Virus record (IMG/VR): IMGVR_UViG_3300046779_001035
Coordinates: 1 to 30,470 of that record
Source of the DNA: a virus
Taxonomy: Duplodnaviria > Caudoviricetes
Reading direction: 5' to 3' (one strand)
Length of the DNA stretch: 30,470 bases
This document shows positions 16,443-25,286 of the stretch, piece by piece. A model generated the notes under the pieces. It did no database searches. It was not told where the DNA came from and saw only the letters and a program-made list of their open reading frames with translations. Positions within the stretch are counted from its first letter, which is position 1. Each line of letters opens with the position of its first letter. The position numbers and the translations under genes are program-made.

Positions 16443-17326
16443 CATAGTTTCTTATGTGAGACCATGCTTCGCCGCTGTCTAGCTCTCCAAAGTGCCAATG
16501 ACACATTGCTAGTTTTTCAACCCAGGGCAGTCTCTCTTTAAGCTCTGGGTTTTCTATTTGCGAAAGATCGTAAAGGCCAACATCATATGCTTGACTAACT
16601 CTAGGATTAGGATCTGTTATAAACGCAGGTATTCCTTCAATTGATGCTGCCACACCCGGACTGCTGTTGTAGGTAATAACTGCCCATGCGTTTTTAAAAT
16701 CGTCTAGGATATGAGGGTTTGTGCTTACAGTATATCTACCGGGTTTAGATTTTAAATAATCTTTAGCACCTTTGTCTCCAGGATGTCCCCTGACAATAAT
16801 TGGTCGATCTGTGTGTAATTTAATTTTATCTACGGTTTCTTCTAACCACTGAGTTACATTTAATCCCTTCATTGACCAACCGCCGTTTCGTTGTGTGCAA
16901 ATAAGAATGTGGTCGCCGGTGGTTCTCCAATCCTTTAACGGGATTCCTAGATGAGAACTAATTTGTTGCCAACGTTTAGGATTTGGATGATCCCAGAAGT
17001 AGTTTGCAGTTGTAGGAAATACTCCCCCCATGCCGTACCGTAAGTACTTAATAGGATGGTCTTTGTTTTTATAGTTGAATAGATTGCTATCGACTATAAT
17101 AGTTTGATTTCCATTATTTTTTTGAAATTCAAAGACATTTCTTCTTAAAAGAAGATGCGGAGTATTAGGACTACCTTCATGAACCCATCCCTGAAGCACA
17201 GCTACATCGCAGGGAATTAAATTCATTCCTGCGTGAGCAGTTCCTCGATCGTTTTAAAAATTCAGTCTTATGACCGTTCTTGTGAGATGATGGTACTCCG
17301 GCGAGATAAGAAACTACTGTTTTCAT
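16435..17326 (-). CDS. KpsS/KpsC-like GT-B paralogue 2; 5' end (17326-17250) is out of frame with the body (frameshift/deletion)
   Basis: The body has IIVRGHP and VITYNSSPGVAASIEGIPAF. The coupled ATG at 17326 (ATGA with the upstream stop) gives MKTVVSYLAGVPSSHKNGHKTEFLKR but lies 100 nt from the in-frame ATG at 17226. Confidence 0.7.
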
Positions 17327-18243
17327 AGACTTGCCTGTATCAAATTCCAAAACTCTCTATTTGCTTGTCTCGACTCTTCTAAGGCGTTGTCGTAAATAGG
17401 TGCTTGTTCGACGTAATCGTGCCAGTCATCTTTTTTACCTAATACTACAGGACTGTGTTTTATAAATTTAAATTTACTACTCCAAGATCCTACAACAATA
17501 ACTTTTTTCTTTAACAGTGTTCCCCAGTACGCACCGTGGTAGCTGTTAGTTAGGATTGTGTTTGCACTACCTAGCAATTCAATTGTTTGATCGAAGTTAT
17601 CTCCGGTATTTAAAAAGCGAGGAATAACATCCTTGCCAAAATCTTTAATCATTTGTTTCTTATGTTCATACCAAATAATATCGTTTTTAATTTCGTATTT
17701 TTTATCAAATGCAGGGTGCATACAGCTAGCACAAGGAACCCAATGAAACTTAGATGCACTACTAAAATCTCTAAGGCCGATTAGTTCAAATTTTGCAAAT
17801 GCTTTTGGCCATTTAATTTTTAAAAAATCAGTTTCTGTGCTTCCGTTGTGTCCTGCTCCCCAAATAAATCTAGGTGCGGTTGTAGGTCCTATTTTGTTAA
17901 TTGTTTCTTGAATAAGTTCTTGGTATTTTTCGTGAAACTCTTTATGAAGGTCGGTGTATAGCGGATTAGTTAGAGTCCAACTATCTCTATACATTCTATC
18001 TAATTGATGCATGTCGGGAGATTCGAAAACTTGTTGAAAAAAATCTCCCATAAATTCATTATCAATTAATCCGCCGCCGCCTACAATCATAGGAAGAGAG
18101 GGATTATAAACTGAAGAACCTATTGCAGCAACATCAACTACTTCATAGTCGTCTTTAGGCAAGAAATATTGTAACGGATTACTTGCCATATCTCCGATAT
18201 TATTTGGGTCTACTCTGTGTGCGACTACAAATTTAGCTGCCAT
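17323..18243 (-). CDS. Polysaccharide pyruvyltransferase-like protein
   Basis: NNIGD, IVGGGGLI, IWGAG, IGLRD and TNSYHG motifs. Confidence 0.75.
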   Translation of the reverse strand: MAAKFVVAHRVDPNNIGDMASNPLQYFLPKDDYEVVDVAAIGSSVYNPSLPMIVGGGGLIDNEFMGDFFQQVFESPDMHQLDRMYRDSWTLTNPLYTDLHKEFHEKYQELIQETINKIGPTTAPRFIWGAGHNGSTETDFLKIKWPKAFAKFELIGLRDFSSASKFHWVPCASCMHPAFDKKYEIKNDIIWYEHKKQMIKDFGKDVIPRFLNTGDNFDQTIELLGSANTILTNSYHGAYWGTLLKKKVIVVGSWSSKFKFIKHSPVVLGKKDDWHDYVEQAPIYDNALEESRQANREFWNLIQASL

Positions 18244-19036
18244 ACCATTCCTTTAACATTGATTTAGCTGAACCATTTTTAAGTTCATCTACGTGAAACT
18301 GACCGTAGGCTAAATGACAGGCCCACGCATATAATTTATCCTGATCTGCATAGTACGGGTTTTCTATCTGACTTAGATCTTGTAATGCTACAGGGCTTGC
18401 AGCATTTGCCGGGGCTAGTGTAAAGGCAGGAATACCATGAAATACGCTTTCAATTGCTGCCACGCTATTAAATGTAACTAATGCAAATACGTCGTTATCC
18501 AATGCTTGCTGAAGTGTATCGTTGGTTATTCTATCTATTCTTTTTGGAGCACGCTCTCGTATTTCTACAGGCCTATCTGTATACTGCTTAATAGTCTCTA
18601 CAGTTTTACTAAGCCATTCATCTTTAGTTACACCGTAGAATTTGCAAGGCTTTTCGTCGGGGGCAGCTACTAATATTTTTCTACCGGATTTTTTCCAAGG
18701 CGTAAATTTCTTGTTAAACTTTTTAAACCTATCGTTGGGTCTAGAAATAATAGATGTGTGTTGAAGATTATTTTTTACAATTCTATGCCAATATTTCCAG
18801 CCGTTGGGGTTTGAAGATGTTTTTTCGTTTCCAAAATAACCTGTGTCCATGTAATAGAATGTTCTATTATCTTCCCAACACTGTTTCATTATTTTATGTT
18901 TAAGTATTCCTCGAAGAACGATGGGATCAGTTGAACTGTTGTATACAAAATCATCAGTAGACACTGGAATGCTTCCGCATCCTTTGGCAAACATGTTTAT
19001 ATACGGATCGTTTCCGTCTTTACTCAGGAAGATCAT
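18233..19036 (-). CDS. KpsS/KpsC-like GT-B paralogue 3 (start MIFLSK at 19036)
   Basis: YMDTGYF, KILVAAP and LVTFNSVAAIESVFHGIPAF motifs. Confidence 0.7.
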   Translation of the reverse strand: MIFLSKDGNDPYINMFAKGCGSIPVSTDDFVYNSSTDPIVLRGILKHKIMKQCWEDNRTFYYMDTGYFGNEKTSSNPNGWKYWHRIVKNNLQHTSIISRPNDRFKKFNKKFTPWKKSGRKILVAAPDEKPCKFYGVTKDEWLSKTVETIKQYTDRPVEIRERAPKRIDRITNDTLQQALDNDVFALVTFNSVAAIESVFHGIPAFTLAPANAASPVALQDLSQIENPYYADQDKLYAWACHLAYGQFHVDELKNGSAKSMLKEWYGS

Positions 19037-19703
19037 GCTGCTGGCAATACTCTGTATAAATTCTTTCTCTGTGCCATTCATCTCCCATCGGAGTTGTAGC
19101 AAAATCATGAAAGCTAGGAGTGCCTAGTGTATAATGCAAGAGCTTTGCTTCTTGATTAGCACCAAACTCGTCTGGTAACCAATTCCATTCAATAGGTAGC
19201 TCTCCTATTAAATCGTCCGTTAACCAGGTGAATCTGTGTACTTGTGCGCCGGTAGCAGATTGTATAAATTCTGGGGTAACTGCTCTGTTAGCGGCATGCC
19301 CGCAATTCCATAAGATGACGCTTGACCAATTCTTTCGTGGATAGTTTTCATTCTTTGAGCCAAGATACTTCTCAGACATTTTAGTTTTGTAATCGTGTTT
19401 GACAACCATGACTGCTTTGCTTTCATCACGCAACTCCCATAGTTTGTTAATATCATCACGAACTAACATATCCCCGTCCATGAATATTGCCCATCCCTTA
19501 TATTCCATTAGGTGCGGAACAAGGAATCGACTGTAAATAAATTGATTACTACCGTCGGTGTGTTTTTCTTGGTACCCTTGGAGGTTTCTCAATGCTAACG
19601 GTGTTGTAGAAATTGGCTTAGTAGAATGTCGGATAATACTATTTGCGCATACGTGGTATGCTATCGCTTCTCTGTAATCGTAACCTATAAAAATTGGGAT
19701 CAT
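19020..19703 (-). CDS. GT8-like glycosyltransferase (start MIPIFIGYD at 19703)
   Basis: IFIGYD, FIYSRF, AIFMDGDM, RKNWSS, EWNWL and HYTLGTP motifs. TAATG coupling to the upstream gene. Confidence 0.8.
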   Translation of the reverse strand: MIPIFIGYDYREAIAYHVCANSIIRHSTKPISTTPLALRNLQGYQEKHTDGSNQFIYSRFLVPHLMEYKGWAIFMDGDMLVRDDINKLWELRDESKAVMVVKHDYKTKMSEKYLGSKNENYPRKNWSSVILWNCGHAANRAVTPEFIQSATGAQVHRFTWLTDDLIGELPIEWNWLPDEFGANQEAKLLHYTLGTPSFHDFATTPMGDEWHRERIYTEYCQQHDLPE

Positions 19704-20158
19704 TATAATTTTTTTCCTTCTGCAATTGTTAGAACATAACGAGGATAGACATGGCACTGAACATTATTAAAGTATTTTTCTAAAAGGCTTGTTATAGAAT
19801 CTTTATTAAAAGAATTTTTCCATTCTTTTTTCATCTTTGCTGACGATGTTAAAATTAAAAATTTATCAGAATATCGTATGCAGTTTTTCAATGTAAACTC
19901 TGGATTGTCAACATGTTCTAATAAGCCTAGGATAAGTCCTAGCTCAAAGTTTTTATCTAATTCAAAATTTGAATTTAGGTCTAATTTGAGATCTGCTTCA
20001 TCTACTAGATCTATTCCTAAATATTCTGAAGGAGAACAATAATCTAATATTTGTTTATTTCCACAACCAAAGTCTACAATAGAAACATTTGTGGGTATAT
20101 GCTTTTCTAAGAACAAAAACCTATCACTCCACGGATTTTTCCATACAATTTCTTTCAT
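19703..20158 (-). CDS. Class I SAM-dependent methyltransferase (151 aa)
   Basis: IVDFGCG, YLGID and GLLEHV motifs. Confidence 0.8.
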   Translation of the reverse strand: MKEIVWKNPWSDRFLFLEKHIPTNVSIVDFGCGNKQILDYCSPSEYLGIDLVDEADLKLDLNSNFELDKNFELGLILGLLEHVDNPEFTLKNCIRYSDKFLILTSSAKMKKEWKNSFNKDSITSLLEKYFNNVQCHVYPRYVLTIAEGKKL

Positions 20159-20916
20159 TTTCTTTCTATGTCTTCTTCTACACAGTTTTTACCGTATTGT
20201 ATTTCTACGATCCGACACGGTGTGTCGTACGGATTAGTCAATTGGTGCCACTCATTTACTCGAATATCTTGTTCGTCATGGAGCTCTAACTTAACAGCAG
20301 GATACGCATAACCGCTGTCCATTATACGATTTACGTCTGCTCGACCTTCACTAACAATCCAATACTCTGCACGATATTTGTGTTTTTGCATTGACAAACT
20401 ACATCCGGGATTAACTGTAAGTTCTTTTACTTTCATTCCAGGAACTTCATGGAGAACACGATAGTATCCCCAGGGACGTTCCGTCTTAGGCGCCTTCCAT
20501 TCTTGTAAAATCCAACTACTAGAATTCTTTTTATCTTCACCGCCTACGCCAAAGACAAACTCTAGATTATCATCTACAATGTCCATTTCTGGAATATTAG
20601 TCGATGTGCGGTCACCGCCATTAGCAAATATAATTTTATCTTGGGGATAACTTTGACGAACCATTGTGATCGCATGTTTAGCTGACCCATCGTCGTCGTT
20701 AAAATCAATAACAAAATCTACACCTACAATATTACGAACAAGTGTTGCACGTTCCAAATAAGGCATAAATGGCGCTCCCTTCTTCCGTGTTAGCCAAGAA
20801 TCGGAGTTTACTCCGACTACTAGAATATCCCCTAATGCTTTAGCTGCTTTGAAATAAGCTATGTGGCCCGAGTGAAGCGGATCGAACCCGCCAGTTATAA
20901 GAACAATTTTTTTCAT
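20155..20916 (-). CDS. HxGH cytidylyl/adenylyltransferase fused to a mannose-6-phosphate-isomerase-type cupin
   Basis: TGGFDPLHSGH, VGVNSD and ANGGDR in the N-terminal domain. The C-terminal ERPWG...LSMQKH...RAEYW...VEIQYG...EEDIER matches the ManC C-terminal cupin. Confidence 0.88.
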   Translation of the reverse strand: MKKIVLITGGFDPLHSGHIAYFKAAKALGDILVVGVNSDSWLTRKKGAPFMPYLERATLVRNIVGVDFVIDFNDDDGSAKHAITMVRQSYPQDKIIFANGGDRTSTNIPEMDIVDDNLEFVFGVGGEDKKNSSSWILQEWKAPKTERPWGYYRVLHEVPGMKVKELTVNPGCSLSMQKHKYRAEYWIVSEGRADVNRIMDSGYAYPAVKLELHDEQDIRVNEWHQLTNPYDTPCRIVEIQYGKNCVEEDIERK

Positions 20917-21431
20917 TCAACTTTTTGCCCTACAAATATATGATCTTTCCAAGGAATGGACTTTTTATCTGTTGTGGTGGTATCAATCCAGTTAGCTATT
21001 ATTTTTAATCCTACCTCTTCTGCAATTGCTTTAAATGAGTCGTCCATAAATCTCCAGCAATCTACTAAATCGTGTCTGGGTCCAGCACTAGGAGCAATTA
21101 GTATAATAAAACCGTTTATTTTTAAAACTCGTTTCATCTCCTCTACTAGCCTAAAAGGATTTTTTACATGTTCTAGTGTTTGACCGCTAACAATTACATC
21201 GTAAAAGTTATCTTCTGCAGGAATAGAATAAGGGCCTGGCATAACATGTGTTACGTTCTCCCCCTCTAAAATATCGGCAATGTGGTATTCTCGAATGTAT
21301 TGTTCAAAGATAGATCTATAAGATCTATCTCCTTTAAGCCCTCGGCCTCCAATATCTAATATAGAATTTTTTCCAGAAAGACCTATATAAGATATTGATT
21401 TTTTCATATTATCTAAAGACGATTGGTGCAT
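20913..21431 (-). CDS. Class I SAM-dependent methyltransferase (type 11-like)
   Basis: ILDIGG, YDVIVSGQTLEHV, RVLKING and DCWRF motifs. Confidence 0.85.
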   Translation of the reverse strand: MHQSSLDNMKKSISYIGLSGKNSILDIGGRGLKGDRSYRSIFEQYIREYHIADILEGENVTHVMPGPYSIPAEDNFYDVIVSGQTLEHVKNPFRLVEEMKRVLKINGFIILIAPSAGPRHDLVDCWRFMDDSFKAIAEEVGLKIIANWIDTTTTDKKSIPWKDHIFVGQKVE

Positions 21432-21432
21432 A

Positions 21433-22032
21433 TTAACTCTCTAGATTTGATTGTATTTCTTTGTATGTTATTAACGGTAACTTATTCCAATTTTTAACAT
21501 ATGAATCCCAACTAGAATCGACTGCTACATTAATAGGATTTTGGGTTCCTTTCCACGCTATTCCGCATCCGTTGTCGATTAAAACTAATTTAAAAATTAT
21601 GTCTGATCGATTAGACAAATCAAATGCTAATCTCCAAACGTCACCTACCCAGGTATATGGCAATACTTCTGGTATGGGTACAACTGCTTCTTCCTCTGAA
21701 GATGGCATCATATCGTGTAAAATAATAATTCCATTCTCATTCAGGCATTTTAAAGCGTTATTAAAATCGTTGGTTACTTGACCATAATAATGAAGACCAT
21801 CTATAAAAACAACATCAAACTTATCGGTATTAGATATAAAGAACTCATCACTAGTCATTCTATGAGTTCCGCCTCTCGCTGGGTCTACACCTACTTTAGT
21901 TTCGCACTCTACTCTTCTAAAAATTTTATTCTTGTCACATCCTATTTCTAAATATTTTTTTGCATTTGTTTTTTTAATTGCTAGATTTATTAAATCTAAT
22001 CTAGATTCCGATGTGAATGGTATGTTCAGCAT
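21433..22032 (-). CDS. Class I SAM-dependent methyltransferase (Methyltransf_24-like)
   Basis: YLEIGC, VGVDP, FDVVFIDGLH, IILHD and GDVWR motifs. Confidence 0.85.
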   Translation of the reverse strand: MLNIPFTSESRLDLINLAIKKTNAKKYLEIGCDKNKIFRRVECETKVGVDPARGGTHRMTSDEFFISNTDKFDVVFIDGLHYYGQVTNDFNNALKCLNENGIIILHDMMPSSEEEAVVPIPEVLPYTWVGDVWRLAFDLSNRSDIIFKLVLIDNGCGIAWKGTQNPINVAVDSSWDSYVKNWNKLPLITYKEIQSNLES

Positions 22033-22056
22033 TAATGTCTCCGTTGTTTCTAGATT

Positions 22057-22086
22057 TATTTATTAGAATAAACTACCCACTAAATA
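22057..22086. promoter_or_regulatory. Divergent late-promoter pair
   Basis: ATAAATA on - at 22063-22057 and CTAAATA on + at 22080-22086, the latter 5 nt before ATG 22092. Confidence 0.6.
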
Positions 22087-22091
22087 TATCT

Positions 22092-22862
22092 ATGAAAATT
22101 GGAATATTAGGTTTGGGTTATGTCGGCTCAGCAGTGGCTTGGACACATCGACATCATGATCTTGTAAAAAGAGATCCAAAGTTTGGAGAAAACTCTGCTT
22201 CTATCGACGAAATTAAAACGTGCGATGCGGTATATGTATGTGTACCAACTCCAATGTCCGGCGATGGTAGATGTGACGATTCGTATGTTAAAAATGTATT
22301 AGCAGAGTTAGAAGGGTATAAAAACGTTATTATATGTAAGAGTACAATTCCCCCTGGTGTATATAAGGAGTTACAAACTGTATATCCCAATATTGTTCAC
22401 GCTCCTGAATTTTTAACAGCCGCAAATGCCACTAATGATTACGAAACATCCTCTTGGGTATTAGTGGGCGGATTAGATCAATGGGTCGAATCAGCAATAG
22501 CAGTTATCAAATCTAGTACAATCTCTGCTTTACATTACCATAGGACCGACATTGCTACTGCTTCATTATTCAAATACATTGCGAATTCATTAATGGCATC
22601 TAAGGTTACATTTATGAATGACATGTTTCATCTTGCAACTCGTCTCGGAGTAAGTTGGAACGAAGTTAAAGAAATCTCTACTAATGATCCTAGGTTAGGT
22701 ACTAGTCATTGGGATGTGCCAGGGCCCGATGGCCAGTTTGGGTTTGGCGGAGCATGTTTTCCTAAAGATGTCTCGGCTATTATAGAACACGCAAAAGATC
22801 AAAATTTAAGGCTTGAACTTTTAGAATCAGTGCAAGCCTTAAACAAGAAACAAAGAAATTAA
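22092..22862 (+). CDS. UDP-glucose/GDP-mannose dehydrogenase family, short form (start MKIGILG at 22092)
   Basis: GLGYVG, VCVPTP, KSTIPPG, PEFL and the catalytic GFGGACFPKD. It ends right after the central domain. Confidence 0.88.
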   Translation: MKIGILGLGYVGSAVAWTHRHHDLVKRDPKFGENSASIDEIKTCDAVYVCVPTPMSGDGRCDDSYVKNVLAELEGYKNVIICKSTIPPGVYKELQTVYPNIVHAPEFLTAANATNDYETSSWVLVGGLDQWVESAIAVIKSSTISALHYHRTDIATASLFKYIANSLMASKVTFMNDMFHLATRLGVSWNEVKEISTNDPRLGTSHWDVPGPDGQFGFGGACFPKDVSAIIEHAKDQNLRLELLESVQALNKKQRN

Positions 22863-23761
22863 ATTAATTTTTCTTTTACATAATCTTCTAAATTTTTAGA
22901 AGGTTTCCAATTAAACACAGTTCTTAGTTTTGTATTGTCGGCAAGCGTAATATATGCTTCGCCAATGCGCGGTTCGACCATCTTAGTTTTGTTAGAAATC
23001 ATCGAAGCTAATTCAAGAACAGAATGATTGGTTCCTGTTCCTACGTTGAAAATTTCTCCGTAATGGTTATGATTATCGTGCTGCATAGCAAGTATGTTAG
23101 CTGCAACAATATCATCAACGTGTGTGAAATCTCTTCGTTGTGTGCCGTCCGGGACAATAGTAAGCTCTTCACCGGCAGCATGTTGTCTTAGAAACAATCC
23201 TACTACCGGAGCATAAGGACCCCTTAGAGGTTCTCTTTCTCCGTATACGTTAAAATATCTGAATATTATTGTTTTTAATCCAAATAACTTAGTGTACATA
23301 GAACAAAGTTTTTCACCGGACACTTTAGAAACAGAATATGGATTTAAACAATCGTCGGGCATATTTTCGTTTAATGGCGGTTCGTTTTTTAATCCGTAAC
23401 CGGAGGAAGTCGAACTGTACATAACTTTTTTTACACCCGCTTCTCTAGAACACTGTAAAACTGTTCCAGTTCCTAATGTATTGGTCTTAATAGCACCTAA
23501 CGGATTTAAAATTGTAGGTTGAATTCTTGATTCGGCTGCACAATGAAAAACAAAATCAACATTGTTATACAACTCTCTAGTGTTTTCGTAATCTACTATA
23601 TCTAATTTGTAATATTTGGCTTTATTGTTGTAATAAAAACTGTCGTGTACTTGGGATGTTTCGTTGTCAATTACAACAACTTCGTGCCCTAAGTTGATTA
23701 GCCTGTCGACAATATGCGAGCCGATAAAACCGGCGCCGCCTGTAACTAAAGATTTCAACAT
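22859..23761 (-). CDS. NAD-dependent nucleotide-sugar epimerase/dehydratase (extended SDR)
   Basis: TGGAGFIG, YSVSK, RYFNVYG and RDFTHV motifs. AGGAG SD precedes ATG 23761. Confidence 0.92.
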   Translation of the reverse strand: MLKSLVTGGAGFIGSHIVDRLINLGHEVVVIDNETSQVHDSFYYNNKAKYYKLDIVDYENTRELYNNVDFVFHCAAESRIQPTILNPLGAIKTNTLGTGTVLQCSREAGVKKVMYSSTSSGYGLKNEPPLNENMPDDCLNPYSVSKVSGEKLCSMYTKLFGLKTIIFRYFNVYGEREPLRGPYAPVVGLFLRQHAAGEELTIVPDGTQRRDFTHVDDIVAANILAMQHDNHNHYGEIFNVGTGTNHSVLELASMISNKTKMVEPRIGEAYITLADNTKLRTVFNWKPSKNLEDYVKEKLI

Positions 23762-23782
23762 CAAACTCCTTAAAATGTTGTT

Positions 23783-23812
23783 TATTTATTGAAGAATATC
23801 GAGTCATAAATA
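23783..23812. promoter_or_regulatory. Divergent late-promoter pair
   Basis: ATAAATA on - at 23789-23783 and ATAAATA on + at 23806-23812, between divergent genes. Confidence 0.6.
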
Positions 23813-23830
23813 TGTTTTTACTTTCACACC

Positions 23831-24466
23831 ATGACAAAAAAATTAGTTTTTCAAATAAACGTTCCAAATCACATAGTTACATCAAAACCCACAGCTTACA
23901 CATTTGTTTCAGAAATGTATCAAATTAGCGAAAGAAATGCAAGGAGGTACGCCGACAGATGTGGTGCCGACTACTATATGGTTAGTAATCCCGATGATTT
24001 TAAACTAGCTGCCGGAAAGCATCTAGATTACCAAAAATTAAAAGCATACGATTTTAAAGAATACGATCAAATTGTTTATTTTGATTCTGATTATATTATT
24101 AAAGAATCTGCTCCTGATTTATTTTTATTATGCGGAAATAATTTTTCTGCATGTGTAGATGCAGGAAAGTCTGCTCCAAAGTTAGCTGAAGATTTAGGTA
24201 TTCCGGCAAATCGATATTTTAATGCTGGATTCATGTATCTCACTAAAGATGTTTTAGACTTAACAAGGTCCTATATAACTGAATATTTAAAATATGAATA
24301 TCCGTTTGATGGACAAGGTCTTTTAAACAAATTATTTTACGATAAAAATATATCGATTAATTTTTTACCTGCACACCACTGGAACCCAGTTGGAAAAACA
24401 TTTGGAGATTATGCCGATCATTATGCCGGAAAGAAAAAACAAAGATGGGGCACTGTAAAATACTAA
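23831..24466 (+). CDS. GT8-like glycosyltransferase
   Basis: QKL, VYFDSD, YFNAG, QGLLN, WN and HYAG motifs. Confidence 0.8.
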   Translation: MTKKLVFQINVPNHIVTSKPTAYTFVSEMYQISERNARRYADRCGADYYMVSNPDDFKLAAGKHLDYQKLKAYDFKEYDQIVYFDSDYIIKESAPDLFLLCGNNFSACVDAGKSAPKLAEDLGIPANRYFNAGFMYLTKDVLDLTRSYITEYLKYEYPFDGQGLLNKLFYDKNISINFLPAHHWNPVGKTFGDYADHYAGKKKQRWGTVKY

Positions 24467-24467
24467 T

Positions 24468-25286
24468 ATGAAAAAAGTTATTCAAATGTTCGATTCTAAG
24501 ATCGAAGATTGGTTCTTAAGAGGCTGGAAAAAATGGGCAGACGAACTAATTATTCTAAAAGACGAGTCAGAATATAATCCCGAGATAACTCTAGTAACTG
24601 GTGCAGACTTTAGAAATCCTATATTTCATAGGATTATGAAAAACAAACATCCATATATTGCAATTAATAGGCCGTACTTAGGATCTCATCTAACTAAGCA
24701 CAGAAATCAATGGAGGGTAGCTGTTAATTCTTTTGCAAATTTTAATTACAAAGAGGCTCCGTATAGTAGATGGGAGAACATAAATTTAGAAAAAAATCCG
24801 TGGAAAGTTGTTGAAATTAAAAATGTATTAATAGCTCCTCCGGTGATGAGTATTCCTGTGTTTTTAGAAAAAGAAAACAAGGAGTGGGCCGAATCGTTAA
24901 TTAATTATTTTCCTAATGCTAACATTAAAATTCGATATAAAGATCAACAAGGAAAAGGAAAAGGCGGAAGATATCTCACGCTATGGAATGATTTAGATTG
25001 GGCCGATTTAGTTGTTAGTTATAGTTCTGCAATAACCGCCGAGGCATTTTGGTATGGTAAAAAGGTAATCAGCCTAGGGTCGTGCCCGACATGGATGTGC
25101 CAACTACCTAATCTAAATAACTGGAATGATCCCGCTGAGCCTATTATGAGAGATAAGTGGCATAATCATATGGGATGGATACAATTTTCAAATGATGAAT
25201 GGGAGTCCGGCGAAGCTCAAGAAATGACTATGTTTTATCAAGGATGGCCCCCAGAAACTGGCCATTACAGTAATTTTACAGAGTAG
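24468..25286 (+). CDS. KpsS/KpsC-like GT-B paralogue 4
   Basis: NVLIAPP, IKIR and LVVSYSSAITAEAFWYGKKVI motifs. The C-terminal QF-x2-E is shared with the other paralogues. Confidence 0.65.
   Translation: MKKVIQMFDSKIEDWFLRGWKKWADELIILKDESEYNPEITLVTGADFRNPIFHRIMKNKHPYIAINRPYLGSHLTKHRNQWRVAVNSFANFNYKEAPYSRWENINLEKNPWKVVEIKNVLIAPPVMSIPVFLEKENKEWAESLINYFPNANIKIRYKDQQGKGKGGRYLTLWNDLDWADLVVSYSSAITAEAFWYGKKVISLGSCPTWMCQLPNLNNWNDPAEPIMRDKWHNHMGWIQFSNDEWESGEAQEMTMFYQGWPPETGHYSNFTE

Noticed and set aside
13031-25286. Interpretation as a bacterial capsule/LPS locus or a host-DNA chimera
   Set aside because: There are no export or polymerase genes, strand switches are frequent with phage-type TAAATA boxes, and the last gene overlaps uvsY directly.
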